Source of the DNA: a virus
Lineage: Duplodnaviria; Heunggongvirae; Uroviricota; Caudoviricetes
IMG/VR virus record: IMGVR_UViG_2541047680_000003
Direction: 5' to 3' (one strand)
Length of the DNA stretch: 5,317 nucleotides
A program made the position numbers and the translations under genes. Positions 1 through 5,290 of the stretch are shown here, piece by piece. Below the pieces are notes generated by a model that saw only the letters and a program-made list of their open reading frames with translations, made no database searches and was not told the origin of the DNA. The first letter of the stretch is position 1. Every line of letters starts with the position of its first letter.

Positions 1-1
1 A

Positions 2-592
2 GAACGCCGTGATCTGTTGAATAACGTTCTGCGCATTGGTGGTTTTATGACACCAAAAGGGAAGCCTAAAGTGCCGGAAGCACTGTTTAAAAACATCTGC
101 GACTCTCTCGGCCTAAAAACAGGAAAACGTCGCGGCAGAGATGGCGATAAGCGCCCGACATTGCGTTTTGTTGAGCCTGAGTCTGTAGCATTTATGCTTG
201 ATATTCTTGCGCAACGTCAGGAGGACGGTATGACGTTGAAAGCTCGCAAGGCGGAAAAATCAACGACCGAAGTGGATCGCGATTTGTCATTAAATATATA
301 TATGAATGGTGAAACGCGATCCACAAACACGGAGGAACAGGATCCTCCTCGTTCAGCTATATCACAGGCTTTAGCCGTATTGCCGGTGGCTGTTCCTGAG
401 TCCTGGGCGATGAGTGCTCTGCCATCAGCTGAACTGGAATCTATCAGGAGGTGGTCAGTTGACAGCATCGCATACACGTTTGCAGCCCTTTATATGACTG
501 AGTTTATGGATTTGCTGTCCGGTCATGAGATTAAGTTGCTGAAGGCTTTTATAGGCCCACGACATGCCAGCGATGAGTTTTGTGCAGTTTAG
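2..592 (+). CDS. Hypothetical protein, reading frame open to the window edge (probably 5'-partial); possibly the C-terminal part of a RepA-like replication protein
   Basis: Frame 2 has no stop from position 2 to TAG 590..592. Internal start candidates are TTG 17 (no RBS) and ATG 47 (weak GGTGG RBS). The coding region contains an ori-like inverted repeat with AT-rich core at 272..324. The RepA assignment is inferred from position and from N15/PY54 origins lying inside the 3' part of repA; no protein motif recognised. Confidence 0.45.
   Translation, partial: ERRDLLNNVLRIGGFMTPKGKPKVPEALFKNICDSLGLKTGKRRGRDGDKRPTLRFVEPESVAFMLDILAQRQEDGMTLKARKAEKSTTEVDRDLSLNIYMNGETRSTNTEEQDPPRSAISQALAVLPVAVPESWAMSALPSAELESIRRWSVDSIAYTFAALYMTEFMDLLSGHEIKLLKAFIGPRHASDEFCAV
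272..324. other. Candidate replication-origin element: perfect 10-bp inverted repeat (GTGGATCGCG / CGCGATCCAC) flanking a 33-bp, about 80% AT spacer containing (TA)5
   Basis: Seen directly: 272..281 is the reverse complement of 315..324; the spacer 282..314 is ATTTGTCATTAAATATATATATGAATGGTGAAA. Three GATC sites lie within 275..344, one in each repeat arm and one in a downstream AGGATCCT palindrome (339..346). Confidence 0.4.
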
Positions 593-603
593 AGGATAGA
601 TGC

Positions 604-876
604 ATGGGAATGGTGCAAGAGTGCCTCGTTTTGATTGAAGGGTATGATCCGTATGTTGTTAACGTCAGTAGAATGGATACTGGCTATAGCGACTACAAAA
701 CTGGTCGTGAACTGCCGTTCACCATCATCAGGATGAATAGCTTTGGCGATGATGATGCTGTTTATTGCTGTATAGCCAGCGATAAAAACATGGAAGACCG
801 GACAGATGAAGCCCGTATGCTATTGAGGAAATATAAGGTAAAGCCGTTATCAGAGAATAACGCTGAGAGGGGTTAA
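604..876 (+). CDS. Hypothetical protein (90 aa from ATG 604; ORF track gives TTG 580)
   Basis: ATG 604 is preceded by GAGGA (592..596) at 7-nt spacing. The start follows the TAG of the upstream ORF closely, an operon-like arrangement. No recognisable motifs. Confidence 0.55.
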   Translation: MGMVQECLVLIEGYDPYVVNVSRMDTGYSDYKTGRELPFTIIRMNSFGDDDAVYCCIASDKNMEDRTDEARMLLRKYKVKPLSENNAERG

Positions 877-878
877 AA

Positions 879-1274
879 ATGGCAGTTCAATCATACAAAT
901 ACGAATCCCCTTTGGATAAGGGATACATTCGTATCAAGTTAAGTCGTTCTCAGCATAAGGCTATTTTTAAGGTAAGGAAAATTCGCATATTGGATGCGTA
1001 TGCGTATTACTACAACGGTGAAAATGTTGTTGTTGAACACTTTCTTGCACGATGGTTTGTAGCTCTGATTTTTGTCCCTCTCCTGTTAATTGGTACTTTT
1101 GTGGATGGTTTTCCTAGTACATGGCGGGAGATAAAGAAAGGCTTATTCCCGCGTAAGTACGGCAGATTTTCGCAAGATAGCTGGCGAGTTATACCGGGTA
1201 AACATTCTGTGGATGAGCAACCGATTGTTGATTACTGGTTGAAGCGTATGGCTGATGCTAAAAAAGTTGATTGA
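879..1274 (+). CDS. Hypothetical small membrane protein (131 aa) with one predicted transmembrane helix
   Basis: ATG 879 is preceded by GAGAGGGG (865..872) and lies 2 nt after the upstream stop. There is a hydrophobic stretch WFVALIFVPLLLIGTFV at about residues 59..75, with basic residues on the N-terminal side. Confidence 0.6.
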   Translation: MAVQSYKYESPLDKGYIRIKLSRSQHKAIFKVRKIRILDAYAYYYNGENVVVEHFLARWFVALIFVPLLLIGTFVDGFPSTWREIKKGLFPRKYGRFSQDSWRVIPGKHSVDEQPIVDYWLKRMADAKKVD

Positions 1275-1292
1275 GTTGTGGAAGGAGTATTT

Positions 1293-1517
1293 ATGAACTG
1301 TAACAAAAATGAAGAAACTCGCCTGGTTTGGACGGTAGTAATCGGAGATAAAAAGGGCGGTGAAGAGCCTCATTTTGATTATTCTGTGGCTTTGCAGGCT
1401 CTCATCCTTGAAGCGCAGAGATACCAACAAGAGATGCAGAAGAACCCTCAACTGGAACCTCGACCAATTGGCCTATTCTGCGAGCGAGTATCAGCGGCTG
1501 AACTCCCTGATATCTGA
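1293..1517 (+). CDS. Hypothetical protein (74 aa from ATG 1293; ORF track gives GTG 1278)
   Basis: Strong RBS AAGGAG (1282..1287) 5 nt before ATG 1293. Last gene of the small-ORF cluster, followed by palindromes and a promoter. Confidence 0.55.
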   Translation: MNCNKNEETRLVWTVVIGDKKGGEEPHFDYSVALQALILEAQRYQQEMQKNPQLEPRPIGLFCERVSAAELPDI

Positions 1518-1530
1518 TGCCCTCCAACAG

Positions 1531-1549
1531 CTGATCAGGTTCTGATCAG
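1531..1549. promoter_or_regulatory. Tandem palindromic 8-mers CTGATCAG-GTT-CTGATCAG (each containing a GATC site); possible protein-binding site
   Basis: Seen directly: CTGATCAG at 1531..1538 and 1542..1549, 11 bp centre to centre; a third CTGAT at 1514..1518. Function is inferred. Confidence 0.3.
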
Positions 1550-1578
1550 TTAGTAAAGCAAACTATAAAAACACCTGT

Positions 1579-1598
1579 CCCCGTGACTGGTCACGGGG
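1579..1598. promoter_or_regulatory. Perfect 9-bp/2-nt/9-bp palindrome CCCCGTGAC-TG-GTCACGGGG: operator-like site or terminator stem for the upstream operon
   Basis: Seen directly. It lies about 20 bp upstream of the -35 of the immunity-leader promoter and about 60 bp after the stop of the 74-aa ORF. It is followed by TAAAATGTCTTTT, which is not a clean U-tract. Confidence 0.35.
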
Positions 1599-1618
1599 TA
1601 AAATGTCTTTTCAAATTA

Positions 1619-1648
1619 TTGACGTGTGCGTCGTTTTGACGGTAAAGT
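1619..1648 (+). promoter_or_regulatory. Sigma70-like promoter of the immunity leader (TTGACG -35 at 1619..1624, TAAAGT -10 at 1643..1648, 18-nt spacer)
   Basis: Hexamer match by eye. A second TTGACG at 1636..1641 has no good -10. No transcription start site data. Confidence 0.4.
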
Positions 1649-1680
1649 TACTACGCTGCGGTAAATCCCGCAGCCGGGAC

Positions 1681-1704
1681 TCTCAACCCCGAAATCCGAA
1701 CGAC
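1681..1704 (+). promoter_or_regulatory. Upstream antisense target boxes (seqA / a1-b1 analogue): TCTCAAC 1681..1687 and CCGAACGAC 1696..1704
   Basis: 1681..1687 is complementary to the single-stranded GUUGAGA of the ncRNA (1814..1820). 1696..1704 is complementary, with one G-U pair, to the 9-nt loop 1799..1807. The order and spacing fit antiparallel pairing. Confidence 0.5.
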
Positions 1705-1708
1705 GCAC

Positions 1709-1731
1709 AACACGCGCCAGCGTGTTTTTTT
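1709..1731 (+). terminator. Rho-independent terminator / attenuator in the immunity leader
   Basis: Stem AACACGC (1709..1715) and GCGTGTT (1720..1726), loop GCCA, with a run of seven T at 1725..1731. It sits between the upstream target boxes and the structured RNA. Confidence 0.65.
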
Positions 1732-1762
1732 GTGTGTATAAGCCTGCGCATATCCGAATTAT

Positions 1763-1838
1763 GGTAGCTCAGGCGGGGCAGCCGAAAGGCTGGCCGGTGT
1801 CGTTTGGGCCGGTGTTGAGAACCCCGCTTGGGCTACCA
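1763..1838 (+). ncRNA. Structured antisense immunity RNA of the P1 C4 / P4 CI / N15 CA type (tRNA-like; probably excised from the leader transcript)
   Basis: A 16-bp closing helix (1763..1778 with 1822..1837, two G-U pairs) encloses a GAAA-tetraloop hairpin (1779..1792) and a second hairpin (1793..1813, 9-nt loop), plus an 8-nt single strand GUUGAGAA (1814..1821). ACCA follows the helix at 1835..1838. The loop and single strand are complementary to boxes both upstream and downstream. No long ORF in 1518..1897. Confidence 0.6.
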
Positions 1839-1849
1839 CCCTATAGAGA

Positions 1850-1889
1850 TTCTCAACTCTGGTGGTAGCACTGTTCTTCCAAACAAGAG
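1850..1889 (+). promoter_or_regulatory. Downstream antisense target boxes (seqC / a2-b2 analogue) abutting the RBS of the first operon gene
   Basis: TTCTCAAC (1850..1857) is a perfect 8-nt complement of ncRNA 1814..1821. CCAAAC (1879..1884) is complementary to loop 1802..1807 and sits immediately before the AAGAG Shine-Dalgarno at 1885..1889. Confidence 0.5.
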
Positions 1890-1897
1890 TGCATACC

Positions 1898-2062
1898 ATG
1901 TTCAAATTCAAATTTGCGGCAGTCGTTCGCACAGACAAAAAGTCACACATCCATCATCTTTCCACTATCGCGTCATCTGAACGGGAAGCTCGTCGCCAGT
2001 TCGCCAGCCGGTTTGTCCTGGTATTGTCTGCCCGTATTCCGGTGCGCGAGGTGGCTGCATGA
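1898..2062 (+). CDS. Small protein (54 aa), first gene of the antirepressor operon; Icd-like by position only
   Basis: ATG 1898 with AAGAG RBS 8 nt upstream. The ORF track shows a longer 1862..2062 form, but that start would lie inside the RNA target region. The stop overlaps the next start as ATGA (2059..2062). Confidence 0.5.
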   Translation: MFKFKFAAVVRTDKKSHIHHLSTIASSEREARRQFASRFVLVLSARIPVREVAA

Positions 2063-2292
2063 ATCAGGTAAAAATGAACACTGTTGGCCTGCTGGAGTCG
2101 TTGGATGAACGTCTGGCTCAGGTCTATGCGCTCGTGTCATCAGCCCATCGGACAGTATCCAGCTGTGAGGCGTCGATTTATCTATCAGAAGCCGGGAAGC
2201 TCCTTCAAATTGCGTGTGAGCTAACACACGAAGCACAGGGGTATTCAGCATCTCTCTCGTCGCAATTGCAGCACAATAAGGAGGCCAAATGA
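2059..2292 (+). CDS. Hypothetical protein (77 aa), middle gene of the antirepressor operon (AntA-like by position)
   Basis: ATG 2059 overlaps the upstream stop (ATGA), with GAGG at about 2048..2051. Its own stop overlaps the next start (ATGA at 2289..2292). Confidence 0.6.
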   Translation: MNQVKMNTVGLLESLDERLAQVYALVSSAHRTVSSCEASIYLSEAGKLLQIACELTHEAQGYSASLSSQLQHNKEAK

Positions 2293-3071
2293 GCGCGTTA
2301 GCTGTATTTTCGTTTCAGGAAGAGCATCAGGTTCGTGTAGTGATGATTGATAGCGATCCGTGGTTTGTAGCGGCTGATGTTTGTAATGCCATCGGGATTA
2401 TCAATCATCGTGATGCTGTTGGTAAGTTGGATGAAGACGAAAAGGGGGTCGGTTCAACAGACACCCTTGGAGGTAAACAGGGAGTGACAATTATCAACGA
2501 ATCCGGCCTCTATACCCTAATCCTCCGCTGCCGTGATGCGGTGAAGCAAGGCACAACAGCTTGGCGGTTTCGCAAATGGGTAACGAACGAAGTCTTGCCC
2601 TCTATTCGCAAAAATGGAGAGTACGTTTACATCGAGCCTGAGCCAATGCGAGCAGCGGAGCCGTTGAACTGGAGGCAGAAAGAGTATCTGCGAGGGCTGA
2701 TTAACGATATAGCACAAAGTTTTCAATACCGAAATGCCTGGATTAGTGGTGTATGGTTGGCTTTGCGTCGGGCGTGTCGTAATCCATCCCCGAACCCCAT
2801 AACGGTTGATGATTTGCCAGCAATTACGGCAGAACTGCGCCGGATTTTGACGGCTGCTGAGTCGGCATTGGGGAACATGCGCACGTATGAACGAGAGTTG
2901 TTGCGTGATGTTGTTCGTGGGGGTAGGCGGAGTATGTCGTGTGGTGATTTACCCATCACCGATATTAACTCTGATCTGGAAAAGGCGTTACCCGCGCATT
3001 TTGAACTGGCAGTTCAAAAACTTGAGCAGTTATCCGCGCAGCTAAAGCCAGCAGAAATCACCAATAAATAG
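2289..3071 (+). CDS. ant: Phage antirepressor with an N-terminal Bro-N-type domain (260 aa)
   Basis: The N-terminal 110 residues (FSFQEEHQVRVVMIDSDPWFVAADVCNAIG ... ESGLYTLILRCRDAVKQGTTAWRFRKWVTNEVLPSIRKNGEY) fit the Bro-N / antirepressor N-terminal domain pattern as I remember it. Strong RBS AAGGAGG (2278..2284). Translationally coupled to the upstream gene. Confidence 0.8.
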   Translation: MSALAVFSFQEEHQVRVVMIDSDPWFVAADVCNAIGIINHRDAVGKLDEDEKGVGSTDTLGGKQGVTIINESGLYTLILRCRDAVKQGTTAWRFRKWVTNEVLPSIRKNGEYVYIEPEPMRAAEPLNWRQKEYLRGLINDIAQSFQYRNAWISGVWLALRRACRNPSPNPITVDDLPAITAELRRILTAAESALGNMRTYERELLRDVVRGGRRSMSCGDLPITDINSDLEKALPAHFELAVQKLEQLSAQLKPAEITNK

Positions 3072-3207
3072 GGTTGACCAGCCCGAATTTATGCCCTTCT
3101 TAGAGAAGGGAAGCCTCGCAGTCGGGGCGGTGATGTCTGTGGTTGCAGCCGCGTTTCCTCCGTTACTTCTGCCCTTTGCAGGGGGCAGGCGAGGTAGGTC
3201 ACACAAC

Positions 3208-3231
3208 AAGGCACCGTTAATTCGGTGCCTT
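3208..3231. terminator. Hairpin between the convergent ant operon and telN; candidate bidirectional terminator
   Basis: Stem AAGGCACCG (3208..3216) and CGGTGCCTT (3223..3231), loop TTAATT. Flanking T-rich or G/T-rich sequence on both strands is only moderate. It lies 12 nt from the telN stop. Confidence 0.5.
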
Positions 3232-3242
3232 TACTGTATGCT

Positions 3243-5126
3243 TTAACCGAAATATGTCAGCCATGCTAACTGCATTGCTGACATGGGGCTGTTTGCACTG
3301 CCGGACCACGCATAATTCTGGCCATTATAATGAAACTCGACAACGTATGAGCCATCACCAATATTTCTCACTGGCTTAAATACCGGCTTAGATACAGGCG
3401 AAGAAGGTGCAGGCGGTTGCTGTTCTTCTACGCTCTCTTCCTCTATCTCAATTTCGTCGTCATCCAGATCGTCATCCTCTGATAATTCATCCGCCAGTTC
3501 AGGTATTGCTTCCAGTTCTTCTTCGTCAGGCATAACGATTTCTGGAGTATCTATTTTCAGTTGCCATTGTCCGTTTTCGCCAACAAATTGCCCCAGAGCA
3601 TCAGCAGCAAATTCCAGGTATCGACTAATCATTGTTGGGCTAAATTTGAACGCTCTTAGAGTGCTGTTCGTGATTTTTATAGAGGGGTCCTGCTCTACCA
3701 GCTGCTTAACTGTGTTATGCAGACGAACCCCGGCATCTCCTCTGGCGAATCCAGGCATTTCGTCATCAAGCTGCTGCAATGCTTCCAGCCTGGTATTTTC
3801 GTTTCCAGTATTTGGCCTCCATGTCTTTGAGAAGTTGGCCAGCTTGAATTGCTTATAGTGTAATTGAGTGTTTTCATCGTCATGGCCTAAGATTTCCATA
3901 AAGAAAACATCCTCATCTACGTTTTTCCAACGAGGATCTACGCGGAAAAACATTTCATACGCAATACGGGCATAAATAGCACGACTATCTTTATAAACAC
4001 GGCGGTTATCTTTGAAAAATGATTTAACCCACGGGTTAAAAGCCTTTGCTAATATGGCATTAATACGTCCGTTTTCAGAGCGTGTGTCGTTATCTCCATA
4101 ACCTTTAACGACATCATCAAAATCAGATGCTGCTGGGCATGAGCGAAGTACATTTATTAAATAAACAAATGTTTTTGCTTCGCATAATGTATATATTTTT
4201 CTGGTTATATCATCAGAAGTTCTTTTTTTAGCTTGGCCTAAAAAATCAACGGTATACTTACCAGAAACAGTAAATGTACCTTGATACATAATCTCAATCA
4301 TTCGTCTTCCTGACAATGCAGCAAGTGCAAATGCCAAAGGAGCCATACCTGAACGAGTGTTTAGATTATTTAATGTAGCAGGGCTATTTATAATATCGTA
4401 AATAGCTTGCATATATTTAGGGTAATCAATGACCACCACGTTACGTTTCTTATTGTGCAGAACGTCCGCCCATCGTTGCTGGATAGATGCGCGTTCGGCA
4501 GGGCTTAGTTGAAGATGATAGAGAATCTCATGGTTAACTTTTAGCTGATTCAACTCCTCAAGCAAGGCAGATCCTTGCTGTAGTAATTTATATAAATAAT
4601 CGCGCTTATCTTTCCAGTTATCGCTAGTTAAATCAGAAATGGCGAATTGCCACTCTTTATATTTATTTGATAATTTTAATAACTTATTATGGCTTTTGTT
4701 ATCACCAATTCTGATATTAGATAAATCTTCTGATAAAGGGAGAATTAATTTTAATTTTGCCTGTAAAGCTGACATTCTCTGGCGAATATCGGCAGCAGGT
4801 AGAGAAAGCCATGACAATAGCTCCTCATTATATAAAGGATACTTTTCAGATAGGCGATGTATATTTTTTTCAAAGCTATGATGAAGTTTATCATCAAACC
4901 GTTTTCTGGCCCTGCTCATATATGCATTGAATGTGTTGGCTGTAATTCTTTTTTCTAATCCTTTCCCCCTAAACTTTCGCTTGTCATTAAATAATGCATT
5001 TTTAAATTTTAATGCAACAGCCTTTATTTTTTTTGTTTTTTCCCCTTGAGGACGGTCAGAGTTATCTATTGACTCAACATCGCTAACAAGTGAGTTTATT
5101 AATTCACCGATTTTTACTTTGCTCAT
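3243..5126 (-). CDS. telN: Protelomerase (telomere resolvase), TelN/TelK family, 627 aa
   Basis: Length and overall sequence match my recollection of N15 TelN (631 aa). Tyr424 in QLHYKQF coincides with the published TelN catalytic Tyr424 (TelK Tyr425). RR at 274..275 and K300 are in tyrosine-recombinase-like positions. An acidic D/E linker (residues about 533..570) precedes a small C-terminal domain. Strong RBS (GGAGAGG on the minus strand) before ATG. The gene is adjacent to a half telomere palindrome. Confidence 0.93.
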   Translation of the reverse strand: MSKVKIGELINSLVSDVESIDNSDRPQGEKTKKIKAVALKFKNALFNDKRKFRGKGLEKRITANTFNAYMSRARKRFDDKLHHSFEKNIHRLSEKYPLYNEELLSWLSLPAADIRQRMSALQAKLKLILPLSEDLSNIRIGDNKSHNKLLKLSNKYKEWQFAISDLTSDNWKDKRDYLYKLLQQGSALLEELNQLKVNHEILYHLQLSPAERASIQQRWADVLHNKKRNVVVIDYPKYMQAIYDIINSPATLNNLNTRSGMAPLAFALAALSGRRMIEIMYQGTFTVSGKYTVDFLGQAKKRTSDDITRKIYTLCEAKTFVYLINVLRSCPAASDFDDVVKGYGDNDTRSENGRINAILAKAFNPWVKSFFKDNRRVYKDSRAIYARIAYEMFFRVDPRWKNVDEDVFFMEILGHDDENTQLHYKQFKLANFSKTWRPNTGNENTRLEALQQLDDEMPGFARGDAGVRLHNTVKQLVEQDPSIKITNSTLRAFKFSPTMISRYLEFAADALGQFVGENGQWQLKIDTPEIVMPDEEELEAIPELADELSEDDDLDDDEIEIEEESVEEQQPPAPSSPVSKPVFKPVRNIGDGSYVVEFHYNGQNYAWSGSANSPMSAMQLAWLTYFG

Positions 5127-5170
5127 CTTTCCTCTCCTGATTATCCGCTCGGATTATCGTAACACAATTT
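5127..5170 (-). promoter_or_regulatory. telN translation-initiation and promoter/operator region (RBS, GATTATC direct repeats, small dyad ATCCG-CT-CGGAT)
   Basis: On the minus strand the motif order is TTGTGT, 16 nt, GATAAT, then CAGGAGAGGAAAG and ATG. The GATAAT element occurs twice (plus-strand GATTATC at 5139..5145 and 5152..5158). The exact -35/-10 assignment is uncertain. Confidence 0.35.
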
Positions 5171-5249
5171 GAGAATAAGATAACTAATAACGCGTTAACT
5201 TAGCCACAAACTAACAGAACACAATAACGGATAGTAAACAAAAACACAA
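5161..5249. repeat. Three direct copies of AACACAAT (5161..5168, 5218..5225, 5242..5249) upstream of telN; candidate accessory protelomerase-binding (tos-like) repeats
   Basis: Seen directly. The motif resembles the CACA(C/T)AAT segment inside the telomere half-site (5295..5303) and the CACACAAT of the remembered N15 telRL. Confidence 0.5.
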
Positions 5250-5290
5250 TATCGGAACGTTAAAAATTGTTCCTTGACTTTGTTCTGAAG

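Noticed and set aside
315-324. DnaA-box-like sequence CGATCCACA next to the AT-rich core
   Set aside because: Only a 7/9 match to TTATCCACA and a single copy; RepA-driven phage-plasmid origins need not use DnaA. Too weak to call.
217-1545. ORFs 217..477 (-), 1143..1451 (-) and 1360..1545 (+)
   Set aside because: Each overlaps a same-locus plus-strand ORF that has an RBS and operon context; these lack start context and are likely frame shadows.
1763-1838. Possibility that the structured element is a tRNA gene
   Set aside because: It has a long acceptor-like helix followed by ACCA, but no D-arm or anticodon-arm cloverleaf of the right dimensions. It fits a tRNA-like processed regulatory RNA better than a tRNA.
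1871-1886. LexA-box-like CTGT-N8-ACAA (N15 has an SOS-controlled antirepressor)
   Set aside because: The last base deviates from the CTGT-N8-ACAG consensus, the spacer is not AT-rich, and the site coincides with the antisense target/RBS region. No other CTGT-N8-ACAG match was found by eye in the window.
1759-2108. ORFs 1759..1950 (-), 1914..2108 (+) and the long 1862..2062 (+) form, all overlapping the structured RNA or its target region
   Set aside because: The region is better explained by RNA structure and target boxes. Only the internal ATG 1898 has an RBS, so the 54-aa form was kept and the N-terminal extension dropped.
1973-2959. Minus-strand ORFs 1973..2251, 2517..2726 and 2723..2959 antisense to the antirepressor operon
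   Set aside because: They oppose a translationally coupled plus-strand operon with strong RBSs and a recognisable Bro-N domain, and have no start or RBS context of their own.
3091-3246. 51-codon hydrophobic ORF in the convergent intergenic region
   Set aside because: No Shine-Dalgarno, overlaps the terminator hairpins, and the hydrophobic composition may simply reflect GC-rich stem sequence. Kept only as a low-interest note in findings.
3646-4881. ORFs 3646..3858 (+), 3695..3883 (-) and 4639..4881 (+) lying inside the telN coding region
   Set aside because: They are fully embedded in a long protelomerase ORF with clear family features, are short, and have no RBS; shadow ORFs of the real gene.
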